Part shown: positions 17,367-26,669 of the stretch, piece after piece
Layout of the letters: every line of letters begins with the position of its first letter
Position numbering within the stretch: position 1 is the first letter of the stretch
Assembly (NCBI GenBank): GCA_039931685.1
Contig: JBDTRK010000003.1
Location: 5,990-69,989, forward strand
Source: Betaproteobacteria bacterium
GTDB lineage: Bacteria > Pseudomonadota > Gammaproteobacteria > Burkholderiales > JACQAP01
Direction of reading: 5' to 3'
Length of the DNA: 64,000 nucleotides
Program-made: the position numbers and the translations under genes
Notes under the pieces: generated by a model
Told to the model about the DNA's origin: nothing
The model's input: only the letters and a program-made list of their open reading frames with translations
The model's database searches: none

Positions 17367-19217
17367 ATGGCTGGAACGATCCGATTGACAGTGGCGCAGG
17401 CACTGGTGCGATATCTTGCAGCATTGCGCAGCGACCTCGAAGGCGGGCTGCCGTTGTTCGGTGGCGTTTTCGCGATCTTCGGCCACGGGAACGTGGCCGG
17501 CATCGGCGAGGCGCTTTACCAGCATCGCGACCAACTGCCAACTTTTCGCGCGCACAACGAGCAGGCCATGGCCCTGGCCGCGATTGCGTATGCGAAAGCG
17601 AACCTGCGCCGGCGCATGATGGCTTGCACGACTTCGATCGGACCGGGCGCGACCAACATGGTCACGGCGGCGGCCGTGGCGCACGTGAACCGGTTGCCGG
17701 TGCTGCTACTGCCTGGCGACATCTTCGTTTCGCGTGCGCCCGATCCAGTATTGCAGCAGGTAGAGGATTTCCACGATGGGGGCGTATCGGCCAATGATTG
17801 CTTGCGACCGGTATCGCGCTATTTCGACCGTATCGTCCATCCGGAGCAATTGCTGACCGCGTTGCCGCGCGCGATCCATGTGCTCACCGATGCGGCTTTG
17901 TGCGGCCCGGTGACGCTCGCCATGCCGCAGGACATGCAAACGACGGCGTACGACTGGCCGGAGGATTTCTTCTCGCCCCCGATCATCACGGCGCGGGCAC
18001 TCCCGCCTGCCCGCGCACAATTGCGTGAAGCAGCCGCGGTATTGAAAAACGCGAGGCGTCCACTCATCATCGCCGGCGGCGGTGTGCTCTACGGCGAGGC
18101 GACAGAAGTCCTGCGCCACTTTGCAGAGAGCCATGGCGTACCGGTGGCCGAGACCCAGGCCGGCAAGGGATCGTTGCCATGGGACCACAGGCTGCAGCTC
18201 GGCTCGATCGGCGTTACCGGCTCGACGGCGGCCAACGCGATGGCGGCAGAAACCGACATGGTGATTGCGGTCGGCACGCGGCTGCAGGATTTCACGACCG
18301 GATCCCATTCACTGTTCAAGCAGGCAAAGCTGATGAACGTCAATGTCAACGGGCTGGATACGATCAAACTGCGCGGGCTGGCATTGCAAACTGACGCGCG
18401 CTCCGGATTGCAGGCGCTCGATACCCTGCTGCCGGGCTGGAAGGCGGACGACGCGTGGACCACAAAAGCCACGGAGCTTGCCGCCGAATGGCGTACGCGA
18501 GTCGATGCGATCACTAACCGACGCGATGTCAGGCCGCCATACGAAGGCGAGGTCATTGGCGCCGTGCAGCGCTCGGCGGCGAATTCGACGACGAACGACA
18601 TCGTGGTCTGTGCCGCGGGCGGCCTGCCGGGCGAACTGCACAAACTCTGGCGAACCGCGGTCCCCGGCGGTTATCACCTGGAATACGGCTATTCGTGCAT
18701 GGGTTACGAAATCGCCGGCGGACTTGGCGTAAAAATGGCGCGCCCGGAGCGCGAGGTTGTCGTCATCGTCGGCGATGGCAGCTACCTGATGATGAACTCC
18801 GAGATCGCCACTTCGGTGATGCTCGGTCTGAAGCTGGTAATCGTGCTGCTGGACAACCGCGGCTATGGCTGCATCCACCGGCTGCAACAAGCCTGCGGCG
18901 GCGCGCCGTTCAACAATTTGTTCGATGACGGCGTGCGGGCGCCGGGCGGAGCGCCGCACGTCGATTTTGTCGCGCACGCGCAAGCCCTGGGCGCCATCGC
19001 GGAAAAGACCGATGATATTGCCGGACTGGAGGCTGCGCTCGCTCGCGCTCGCAAAGCCACTCGCACGTCGGTAATCTGCATCGAAACCGACCCGAATCGC
19101 TCGACCGGAGACGGCGGCTGGTGGTGGGAAGTCGCGGTGCCGGAAGTATCGCAGCGCAAGGAAGTGGCCGCCGCGCGCACGATTTACGACCAAGGCAAGA
19201 AAAAACAGAAAGCGTGA
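17367..19217 (+). CDS. iolD: 3D-(3,5/4)-trihydroxycyclohexane-1,2-dione acylhydrolase (ThDP enzyme)
   Basis: MAGTIRLTVAQALVRYLAA..., a ThDP-binding GDGSYLMMNSE motif, about 616 aa, adjacent to iolE and iolG. Confidence 0.9.
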   Translation: MAGTIRLTVAQALVRYLAALRSDLEGGLPLFGGVFAIFGHGNVAGIGEALYQHRDQLPTFRAHNEQAMALAAIAYAKANLRRRMMACTTSIGPGATNMVTAAAVAHVNRLPVLLLPGDIFVSRAPDPVLQQVEDFHDGGVSANDCLRPVSRYFDRIVHPEQLLTALPRAIHVLTDAALCGPVTLAMPQDMQTTAYDWPEDFFSPPIITARALPPARAQLREAAAVLKNARRPLIIAGGGVLYGEATEVLRHFAESHGVPVAETQAGKGSLPWDHRLQLGSIGVTGSTAANAMAAETDMVIAVGTRLQDFTTGSHSLFKQAKLMNVNVNGLDTIKLRGLALQTDARSGLQALDTLLPGWKADDAWTTKATELAAEWRTRVDAITNRRDVRPPYEGEVIGAVQRSAANSTTNDIVVCAAGGLPGELHKLWRTAVPGGYHLEYGYSCMGYEIAGGLGVKMARPEREVVVIVGDGSYLMMNSEIATSVMLGLKLVIVLLDNRGYGCIHRLQQACGGAPFNNLFDDGVRAPGGAPHVDFVAHAQALGAIAEKTDDIAGLEAALARARKATRTSVICIETDPNRSTGDGGWWWEVAVPEVSQRKEVAAARTIYDQGKKKQKA

Positions 19218-19219
19218 AT

Positions 19220-20119
19220 ATGAAATCCTTTGACGTGAAAATCGGCATCAACCCGATTTCCTGGGCCAACGACGACCTGCCTGAACTCGGTGGCGACACG
19301 CCGCTGCAGACAATCCTGTCCGAAGGCAGTGAAATCGGCTACCGGGGTTTTGAACTCGGCAACAAATTTCCGAAGGAGCCGGAAGCCTTGCGCAAGGTGC
19401 TCGCGCAATACCGCGTGGAGCTGGTGTCCGGTTGGTATTCCGGCGAACTGGCGCGGCGCTCCGTTGAGGAAGAGATCGCGGCGGTCGGCCCGCATCTGCA
19501 ATTGCTATCGAAGAACGGCGCCAAGGTCATGGTTTACGGCGAAGTCGCCGATTCGATCCAGGGCAAACGAGATGTGCCTTTGTCGCGTCGCCCGCAGTTC
19601 GCCGGTGACACGCAATGGCACGCCTACGCAGCGAAGCTCGACGCGCTCGCCCGCTACACGCTGTCGCAGGGCATCGCGCTCGCCTACCATCATCATATGG
19701 GCGCCTATGTCGAAACCGTCACCGACATTGATCGGCTTATGTCGCTTACCAGCCCGGACGTCGGCCTGCTTCTGGACAGCGGCCACATCACTTTCGCCGG
19801 CGGCGATCCGGTCGACGTGCTGAAACGGCACATCGCGCGCGTGTGCCACGTGCACTGCAAGGACGTGCGTGCCGCGGTCGCCGCGCAGGCCCACAAACAG
19901 GACTGGAGCTTCCTCGATTCCGTGCTGAAGGGCGTCTTCACGGTGCCCGGCGACGGTCACGTCGATTTCCGGTCACTGCTGACGCTGCTGCGCGACCATG
20001 GCTATGGCGGCTGGCTGGTGGTGGAAGCCGAGCAGGACCCGGCGCTCGCGCCGAGCTACCAATACGCGCGGATGGGTTTCCGCTATCTGTCGGAATTAAA
20101 ACACGCGCTGGAGCGCTGA
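19220..20119 (+). CDS. iolE: myo-inosose-2 dehydratase
   Basis: VKIGINPISWANDDLPELGG and the TIM-barrel xylose-isomerase-like pattern. It starts 3 nt after the iolD stop. Confidence 0.9.
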   Translation: MKSFDVKIGINPISWANDDLPELGGDTPLQTILSEGSEIGYRGFELGNKFPKEPEALRKVLAQYRVELVSGWYSGELARRSVEEEIAAVGPHLQLLSKNGAKVMVYGEVADSIQGKRDVPLSRRPQFAGDTQWHAYAAKLDALARYTLSQGIALAYHHHMGAYVETVTDIDRLMSLTSPDVGLLLDSGHITFAGGDPVDVLKRHIARVCHVHCKDVRAAVAAQAHKQDWSFLDSVLKGVFTVPGDGHVDFRSLLTLLRDHGYGGWLVVEAEQDPALAPSYQYARMGFRYLSELKHALER

Positions 20120-20139
20120 GTAAATCCTGGAGCCTGGTG

Positions 20140-20350
20140 AAATGTTCACCACAGAGGCACAGAGGACACCGAGGAAAGGCAAAGAGCTAGAAAAATTCTC
20201 GCTTAAAAGACGTTCGTCGGCCAATGATCCGTAGCAGTGAAATCTGGCGGCAATGCGCCATGCGCAACTACACCGTTCTCGTTTCTCATTCTTCTTTGCC
20301 TAAATTTTTACTTTTCCTGCGCGTCCTCTGTGTCTCTGTGGTGAACATTC
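20140..20350. repeat. MITE-like palindromic element, copy C
   Basis: Arms aatgttcaccacagaggcacagaggacaccgagg and cctgcgcgtcctctgtgtctctgtggtgaacatt. Core at 20211-20252, similar to copy B. Confidence 0.8.
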
Positions 20351-20353
20351 TTT

Positions 20354-20381
20354 AAAAAAAAGCCACCGCGATTGCGGTGGC
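20354..20381 (-). terminator. rho-independent terminator of the ABC operon
   Basis: On the minus strand, hairpin gccaccgcaatcgcggtggc is followed by tttttttt. Confidence 0.6.
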
Positions 20382-20401
20382 CGTCAGTGTGAGGTAATCG
20401 A

Positions 20402-21409
20402 CTACTTGGCGATGCAGGTCGCCGCTGTTTCCGGCTCGCACACATCCAGGCCGGTATAGATCGGATCGCCGACCTTCTTCTTTTCCTTGAGGTCCTTGAG
20501 GATGAACATGGCCTTGTAACCCATGTCGAACGGTCGCTGGCCGACTTGGCCATGGCTGTAGCCGGCTTTCATCAAATCCATCTGCACCGGCAAGGTATCG
20601 GCCACCACGAGCAGGGTCTTCTTGCTCTTGATGCGCTCCATGTTTTTTTCCACAACTTGCCGGTAGGCCTGCGGCACGAACTGCGGAAATCCGCCGGTCG
20701 GCAGGAAGGCCGTGAGGTCGGGGTACTTGGCGAGTATTTCGCCAAGCTGCCTCACCGACAACGGAAAATCGTCGTTGGTGTACAACGGGCAACCGTCGAC
20801 TTCCGTCCAGCCGCCCTGGCCGGTCAGGCGGTCTCCGGGCGGCGGTGTGCTGCTGACTTTTCCGGCAATCGTGTCGCGAATGCCCTTCATGCGCTCGTTA
20901 TGGTTTGCTGCTGCCGGACCACCCGACTGGATGCACACCGTTCCGCCCTTGGGCTTGAGCTTCATGGCGATTTTCGCGAGGTTCACGCCGATGTCGTAAT
21001 TCTTGGTGCCGACATACGCAGCGCGCAGGCCTTTGTCCTTGTCAAGCAGGTCGGAATCCCAGGTGATCACCGGAATGCCGGCCTTCTTGGCCCGCTCCAG
21101 CGCTTTCGCCATCGCCGGGGCATTGGACGGCGCCACCGCAATACCGTCGACCTTCTTGGTGATCAGATCCTGCACGACTTGGACCTGTTCTTCACCGCCG
21201 CCATGCTCGCCGGGGCCGATGTACATGCACTCGACCTTGCCGGCCAGTTCCTTCTGCGCCTTCATGCAGCCGTCTCGCGCCTGGTCGAAGAACGGGTTGT
21301 TCATGTTTTTAGGAACCAGCGCGAACACCAGCTTGCCGCCCGCCGCGCTGACCACGCCTGGCAGGCCGAACAAGGCCGCCATTGCCGCCACCATCAACGT
21401 CTTTTTCAT
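20402..21409 (-). CDS. sugar ABC transporter substrate-binding protein
   Basis: Signal peptide MKKTLMVAAMAALFGLPGVVSA and a ribose-type periplasmic-binding-protein pattern (VPKNMNNPFFDQ..., VDGIAVAP). Confidence 0.85.
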   Translation of the reverse strand: MKKTLMVAAMAALFGLPGVVSAAGGKLVFALVPKNMNNPFFDQARDGCMKAQKELAGKVECMYIGPGEHGGGEEQVQVVQDLITKKVDGIAVAPSNAPAMAKALERAKKAGIPVITWDSDLLDKDKGLRAAYVGTKNYDIGVNLAKIAMKLKPKGGTVCIQSGGPAAANHNERMKGIRDTIAGKVSSTPPPGDRLTGQGGWTEVDGCPLYTNDDFPLSVRQLGEILAKYPDLTAFLPTGGFPQFVPQAYRQVVEKNMERIKSKKTLLVVADTLPVQMDLMKAGYSHGQVGQRPFDMGYKAMFILKDLKEKKKVGDPIYTGLDVCEPETAATCIAK

Positions 21410-21443
21410 CACGTTCCTCCTCATGTCGTTATAGGCCCGGTTT

Positions 21444-22454
21444 TCAACCCGAGCGCATTCCACGGAACTTGCTCAATAACACTGCAAACACAATGAACAG
21501 ACCTACGAACGTACCTTCCCAGTTTGCGTCCACACCGGCCAGAAGCAAACTGTTCCGGATTACTTCAATCAGGGCCGCGCCGACAAAGGCGCCATAGGCA
21601 CTGCCGGCACCGCCCATCAGATCTGCACCGCCGATGACCGACGACGCGATCACGCGCAATTCGTAACCGGTTCCCATGGCATTGATCGCCGCGCCCTGCC
21701 AGCCCACCAGCAGGACCGCAGATACGCCCGCCATCAACGCGGAGAGCAGGTACACGGAGAGCTTCATGCGGTTCACGGGCACCCCGGTCAGGCGCGCAGC
21801 CTGCTCGTTGCCGCCGAGCGCGAACACCCAGCGTCCCCAGGTGGTGTAGCGGAACACGACCATGAACAACACCGTCAGCACGATCAGCAGGATGAACGGA
21901 TTGGCGATGCCGAATACCGTGCCACCGCCCAGCGCAAACAGCAGTTTTTCGTCCGGACCGAATTCGTAGATCATGTGGTTCTCGGACAACACCTGCGCCA
22001 GACTGCGCGCGATCCCGAACATGCCCAGCGTGACGATGAACGGCGACAGGCGTACATAAGCGATCAGGATGCCGTTGACCAGCCCGCACAGCAGCGCCGC
22101 CAGCAAGCCGGCGCCGACCCCGGCCCAGATGGAATGCCCCGCATTGAGTACGAGTCCGGTGACGACGCCGGAGAGGCCGACGATCGAGCCGACCGACAAA
22201 TCAATGCCGCCAGTGATGATGACCGCGGTCATGCCCATGGCGATGATGCCGATGAAAGCAAAGTTGCGCGTGACGTTGAAGAAGTTGTCCTCGGTGAAGA
22301 ACACGTTCGACACCTGCGACATCACCACGCAAATCAGCGCGAGCGCGACGGTCACCCAGAAGGGCTGGCTGCGGATCATCGCCCGCAGCGGGTTGTTCTC
22401 CCTTCTTTGCGCGATCTCTTCGTGGGTTTCGCTCATCGGGCTATTCATCCTCAT
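21444..22454 (-). CDS. sugar ABC transporter permease
   Basis: 336 aa with about 10 TM helices, RbsC/AraH-like (GGIDLSVGSI motif). Confidence 0.85.
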   Translation of the reverse strand: MRMNSPMSETHEEIAQRRENNPLRAMIRSQPFWVTVALALICVVMSQVSNVFFTEDNFFNVTRNFAFIGIIAMGMTAVIITGGIDLSVGSIVGLSGVVTGLVLNAGHSIWAGVGAGLLAALLCGLVNGILIAYVRLSPFIVTLGMFGIARSLAQVLSENHMIYEFGPDEKLLFALGGGTVFGIANPFILLIVLTVLFMVVFRYTTWGRWVFALGGNEQAARLTGVPVNRMKLSVYLLSALMAGVSAVLLVGWQGAAINAMGTGYELRVIASSVIGGADLMGGAGSAYGAFVGAALIEVIRNSLLLAGVDANWEGTFVGLFIVFAVLLSKFRGMRSG

Positions 22455-23191
22455 GCGGTTTCTATGGCGCCGGTGATCAGGCCGGTAACTTCCTCGGGAG
22501 AAGTGTCACTGATCGGCTTGTCGGCAACGACCTGTCCGCGCCGCATCACCGAAACGTGATCGCAGACCGCGAACACGTCGGGCATGCGGTGGCTGATGAG
22601 GATCACTGCCACGTTCTGGTCGCGCAGGCGCCGGATCAGGTCCAGCACCTCGGCAACCTGACGCACGCTGATGGCGGCGGTTGGCTCGTCCATCAGCACG
22701 ATGTCGGGATTCGACAGCCGCGTGCGCGCGATCGCAACGGCCTGGCGCTGGCCGCCCGACATCTGCTTCACCAGGTCGCGCGGACGCGTTTCCGATTTAA
22801 GCTCGGCGAAATGGCGCGCCGCCTCGCGGAACATGGCGGCGTAGTGGATGAAGCTGAACGGGCCGAATTTGCGCTTGGCTTCGCGGCCGAGGAAAACATT
22901 TTCCGCCGCGGTCAGGTTGTCGCACAGCGCGAGATCCTGATAGACCACCTCCACGCCCTTGTCGCGCGCGTCCACCGGGTTGTGGAACTCGACCCTCTCG
23001 CCCTTGAGCCAGATCTCGCCACTCGATGGCTTGAAGTTGCCAGCCATGATCTTGATCAGGGTGGACTTGCCGGCGCCGTTGTCACCCATCAGGCCAAGCA
23101 CCTCCCCGGCGTCGATTTTCAGGTCGACTTTGTTCAGCGCCTGGATCGCGCCGAAATTCTTTGAGATGCCACGCAATTCGAACAGGCGCAC
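22451..23191 (-). CDS. sugar ABC transporter ATP-binding protein (single NBD)
   Basis: Walker A GDNGAGKST, signature MSGGQRQ, Walker B IVLMDEP. GTG start at 23191 with GAGG upstream. ATGA-type overlap with the permease gene. Confidence 0.85.
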   Translation of the reverse strand: MRLFELRGISKNFGAIQALNKVDLKIDAGEVLGLMGDNGAGKSTLIKIMAGNFKPSSGEIWLKGERVEFHNPVDARDKGVEVVYQDLALCDNLTAAENVFLGREAKRKFGPFSFIHYAAMFREAARHFAELKSETRPRDLVKQMSGGQRQAVAIARTRLSNPDIVLMDEPTAAISVRQVAEVLDLIRRLRDQNVAVILISHRMPDVFAVCDHVSVMRRGQVVADKPISDTSPEEVTGLITGAIETA

Positions 23192-23202
23192 GGGTCTGCC
23201 TC

Positions 23203-23637
23203 TCAGTCGGGCCGGACGATGCCTTTTTTCAGGATCAGGTTGCCGTAGAGCCGGCGCTCGCCAGTGGCAATCACCGCGAAGCATTTCCTGACACGTTCGT
23301 AGAAGGCAAAGCGCTCGATGCCCTCGAGCTTTGCCATCTTTGGCTCGTACTTGCGCAGCAGTGCGCGGAACTCGTCGAAAATCGGCATCTGGCCCGCTGG
23401 ATTGTCCACCACCTGCATGTGGAAGGCCGCACAAGACACGAATTCGTCCAGCGGCATCAACGACAGCACCGCGCTCGCCACGGCAGTTACCTGGGAGCCA
23501 TCCGCGCGGATCACCGGGCGGCCGCTCGATACCGCGGGATAGTTAGCATCGACGATTGCCAGTTCATCGCCATGGCCCATCGCGCGCAGCGTGGACAACA
23601 ATTCCGGCGACAACAGCGGATCGATGTTCTTGAGCAT
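23203..23637 (-). CDS. fucU: L-fucose mutarotase (RbsD/FucU family)
   Basis: MLKNIDPLLSPELLSTLRAMGHGDELAIVDANYP ... ERFAFYERV...GNLILKKG closely parallels E. coli FucU. Confidence 0.85.
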   Translation of the reverse strand: MLKNIDPLLSPELLSTLRAMGHGDELAIVDANYPAVSSGRPVIRADGSQVTAVASAVLSLMPLDEFVSCAAFHMQVVDNPAGQMPIFDEFRALLRKYEPKMAKLEGIERFAFYERVRKCFAVIATGERRLYGNLILKKGIVRPD

Positions 23638-23813
23638 CGCGGTAAATCCCCCCGACATTTTCGTTTTGGATTTTCTTTTTGGGTGCTTCAGCTAGCATCG
23701 CCCAGCGCCCGCGCCGGGGCAAGCGCATTTCTGGTTGCGCTGCAAAAAAACAGGCGACGGAGCGCACGGAGCCGCGTGCTACCATCAATTGGAAGCTGAT
23801 CGCGGAGGCGCCG

Positions 23814-24824
23814 ATGAATCTGGATCGCAAGTCACTGGGCCGTTCAAATCTGAAGCTTTCGATGCTTGGATTCGGTGGTACCGGGCTCGGCAACATGTAT
23901 GTCGCCATGTCCGAGCGCGGCGCGATTGAGGCCCTGTCCGCGGCTTACGCCGCGGGAATACGTTACTACGACACCGCGCCGCTGTACGGGCACGGCCTGT
24001 CCGAACTGCGCACCGGCGGCGGCTTGCGGTTGTTCGCCGATCCTGGCGTCATCGTGTCAACCAAGGTGGGCTGGCGGTTGCGCGCAGCCTTCGGCAAACC
24101 AACCGAGGCCGGCCTGTTCCGCGACATTACCGCCTTCGCACGCTATAACGACTACACCTACGACGGCGCTATGCGCTCCTTCGAGGACAGCCTGCAACGC
24201 CTCGGCACGGACCGCATCGACATCCTGCTGATACACGATGTGGATCGCCGCAATCAGGGCGAGCGCTACCCGCAGGTTTTCAAGGACGCGATGGCCGGTG
24301 CCTACAAAGCGTTGCTGTCGCTGCGCGAACAGGGCGTGGTCAAGGCAATCGGCTGCGGACTGAACGAATGGGAAGCCTGCCAGGCATTCGCCGACGCCGG
24401 CGACTTCGATTGTTTCCTGCTGGCCGGACGCTACACGCTCCTTGAGCAGGCATCGCTGGATTCTTTTTTGCCGCTGTGCGAGACACGCGGTATCGGCATA
24501 ATTCTCGGCGGCCCTTACAACTCCGGCATTCTAGCCAGCGGGGCGGTCAAGGACGCCCGGTTCAACTATGCGCCCGCGCCGGCGGATGTAGTGGAGAAAG
24601 TCCGTGCGATCGAGGAAATTTGCGCTGCGCACCGCGTGCCGCTCAAAGCGGCGGCCCTGCAGTTCCCGCTGTACCATCCCTGCGTGGCGAGTGTCATTCC
24701 CGGCACCAGCAGCGCTGCGGAGCTTAACGAAAATCTGCGCATGCTCGGTATCGCGATACCGCAAGCGCTCTGGCGCGACCTGAAGTCCGCCCGCCTGATG
24801 GACGCGCGGGCCCCCACGCCGTGA
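23814..24824 (+). CDS. aldo/keto reductase (L-fucose/aldose 1-dehydrogenase-like)
   Basis: LSMLGFGGTGLGNMY ... YYDTAPLYGHGLSE ... IDILLIHD are AKR motifs. Confidence 0.8.
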   Translation: MNLDRKSLGRSNLKLSMLGFGGTGLGNMYVAMSERGAIEALSAAYAAGIRYYDTAPLYGHGLSELRTGGGLRLFADPGVIVSTKVGWRLRAAFGKPTEAGLFRDITAFARYNDYTYDGAMRSFEDSLQRLGTDRIDILLIHDVDRRNQGERYPQVFKDAMAGAYKALLSLREQGVVKAIGCGLNEWEACQAFADAGDFDCFLLAGRYTLLEQASLDSFLPLCETRGIGIILGGPYNSGILASGAVKDARFNYAPAPADVVEKVRAIEEICAAHRVPLKAAALQFPLYHPCVASVIPGTSSAAELNENLRMLGIAIPQALWRDLKSARLMDARAPTP

Positions 24825-25672
24825 TCGACGCCCACCATCATTTGTGGAAACTATCGCGCGCCGACTACGGCTGGATCGGCGACGGCCGAAATCCGGCCGT
24901 GGCACCAATCGAGCGCGATTATCTGGTTGCCGATTACCGCAGCGTTGCCGCTGCCAACGGCATCATCGGCAGCATCGCGGTTCAGGCCGCGCAAACCGTC
25001 GCGGAGACGCGCTGGCTGCTCGAGCAGGCGCGCGCCAGTGGTGGATTGATCAAGGGCGTCGTCGGCTGGATCGACATGGCCGCGCCGGACGCCCCCGACG
25101 TATTGCGCGACCTCGCGCGTGATCGGCTGCTGCGCGGCATTCGCCCGATGTTGCAGGAAATTGCGGATGTGGAGTGGGTACTGCAACCGCAACTCGCGCC
25201 AACTCTGCACACCCTCATCGAACTCGATCTGTCGTTCGACCTGCTGGTGAGGCCGCCGCACCTGAAAGCCGCGCTTGCCCTGCTCGGCCAACATCCCGAT
25301 TTGCGCGCGATCGTCGATCACGGCGGCAAACCGGATATCGCACACGGCACGTGGCAGCCCTGGGCTGACGACATCCGCCGCATCGCGCGCGAAACCGCTG
25401 CGTATTGCAAACTCTCTGGACTGGTGACCGAAGCGCGTCCCGGCTGGAAAGTAGATGACCTGCGCCGTTACGCCGAGCATTTGCTCGAGTGTTTCGGTGC
25501 GCAGCGTCTGCTGTGGGGCAGTGACTGGCCGGTCATGCTGCTCAATGCGGACTATCCGGACTGGCTGTCCGCTACCCGACAATTCCTGGCCTGGCAGTCT
25601 GCCGCCGACCGCATGGCGATCCTGAACGACAACGCGATGCGTTTTTATCGATTGCCGGTAAATTCGCCATGA
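24821..25672 (+). CDS. amidohydrolase-family lactonase (L-fucono-1,5-lactonase-like)
   Basis: MIDAHHHLWKL..., IVDHGGKP, and LWGSDWPV. 4-nt overlap with the AKR gene. Confidence 0.7.
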   Translation: MIDAHHHLWKLSRADYGWIGDGRNPAVAPIERDYLVADYRSVAAANGIIGSIAVQAAQTVAETRWLLEQARASGGLIKGVVGWIDMAAPDAPDVLRDLARDRLLRGIRPMLQEIADVEWVLQPQLAPTLHTLIELDLSFDLLVRPPHLKAALALLGQHPDLRAIVDHGGKPDIAHGTWQPWADDIRRIARETAAYCKLSGLVTEARPGWKVDDLRRYAEHLLECFGAQRLLWGSDWPVMLLNADYPDWLSATRQFLAWQSAADRMAILNDNAMRFYRLPVNSP

Positions 25673-26568
25673 ACGACAAGGCCGTCATCAGCATTTCAGC
25701 GGGCGCCCTGCACCTGGAAATCGCACCATCAATTGGCGGCTCGATCGCGCGCTTCTACAGTAAGGAAAAAGGCCCTAGCGTTGAGTGGCTGCGACCGGCC
25801 AGCGCCGAAGGCCTTGCGCAGGGCAATCCGCAGATGATGTCGAGCTTTCCGCTGGTGCCCTTCAGCGGCCGCGTGCGCGACGGTCGCTTCGTGTTTGGCG
25901 GGCGGCACATTTCGCTCGTCCACAATTTCGGCAATTCCCCGCACGCCATTCACGGCAATGCGTGGAAACTGCCGTGGAAAATAACCGCCCACGACGCAGC
26001 TTCGGCCAGTCTGGTGCTGGAACACGAGCGCGGCGACTGGCCGTTTGCCTATCGTGCCGAGCAGCATTTCGTGCTTACGCCACGCAGCCTCGAGATCGAA
26101 TTGCTGATCAGCAATACCGATGCTGCGGCGATGCCGGTGGGAATCGGTCATCACCCGTATTTTCCCTATACCGAGTCGATGACGCTGCAGGCGGAAGTAT
26201 CGCAGATGTGGGAATCGGAACATGACATGCCGGTGCGACTCACCCGCAACGACACAGTCGAATCGCTCGCGCGCGGACTGAAGATGGCGTCCGTAAAACT
26301 CGACAACAATTTCATCGGCTGGAAGCACGCGGCCACATTGCGCTGGCCGGAAACCGGGCGCCGTCTGCGCATGACGGCCCAGACGCCGCTATCCTATCTC
26401 GTGGTCTTCACGCCGCCCTCGCGCGACTTCCTTTGCGTGGAGCCGGTCAGCAACACGGTGGACTGGCTGAATCTGGGTGACCTTCCCGCCGAGCAGATCG
26501 GCGGCGCCATCCTGTCGCCGGGCGCGTCGATCTCTGGGCGGGTACGCTTCGAGCCGGACTTCGGCTAG
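25669..26568 (+). CDS. aldose 1-epimerase-family protein
   Basis: 299 aa. The FPLVPFSGRV...HGNAW...GHHPYF pattern fits the galactose mutarotase-like fold. 4-nt overlap with the preceding gene. Confidence 0.7.
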   Translation: MNDKAVISISAGALHLEIAPSIGGSIARFYSKEKGPSVEWLRPASAEGLAQGNPQMMSSFPLVPFSGRVRDGRFVFGGRHISLVHNFGNSPHAIHGNAWKLPWKITAHDAASASLVLEHERGDWPFAYRAEQHFVLTPRSLEIELLISNTDAAAMPVGIGHHPYFPYTESMTLQAEVSQMWESEHDMPVRLTRNDTVESLARGLKMASVKLDNNFIGWKHAATLRWPETGRRLRMTAQTPLSYLVVFTPPSRDFLCVEPVSNTVDWLNLGDLPAEQIGGAILSPGASISGRVRFEPDFG

Positions 26569-26669
26569 CCGGCGAGGGCCGTGACGCGTGACAAGTGACG
26601 AGTGACGGGTGCAAGGCGAGACAGGATAAACATTCTTTCCTTATTGCACGCCCTGCGCCTCGCTTTGGA

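Noticed and set aside
17188-17541. N-terminal extension of the iolG ORF (446-aa version), and the similar extension of the ABC ATPase ORF (22451-23434).
   Set aside because: The extensions are Arg/Pro-rich and overlap neighbouring genes or promoters. Internal starts with an SD give proteins of canonical length with the Rossmann or Walker A motif near the N-terminus.
26575-26625. A run of GTGAC units (cgtgacgcgtgacaagtgacgagtgacgggtg) between the convergent epimerase-family and SDR genes. It resembles one arm of the palindromic elements.
   Set aside because: I found no convincing complementary arm nearby, so I cannot support it as an element. It may be a solo or decayed arm, or simply a low-complexity spacer.
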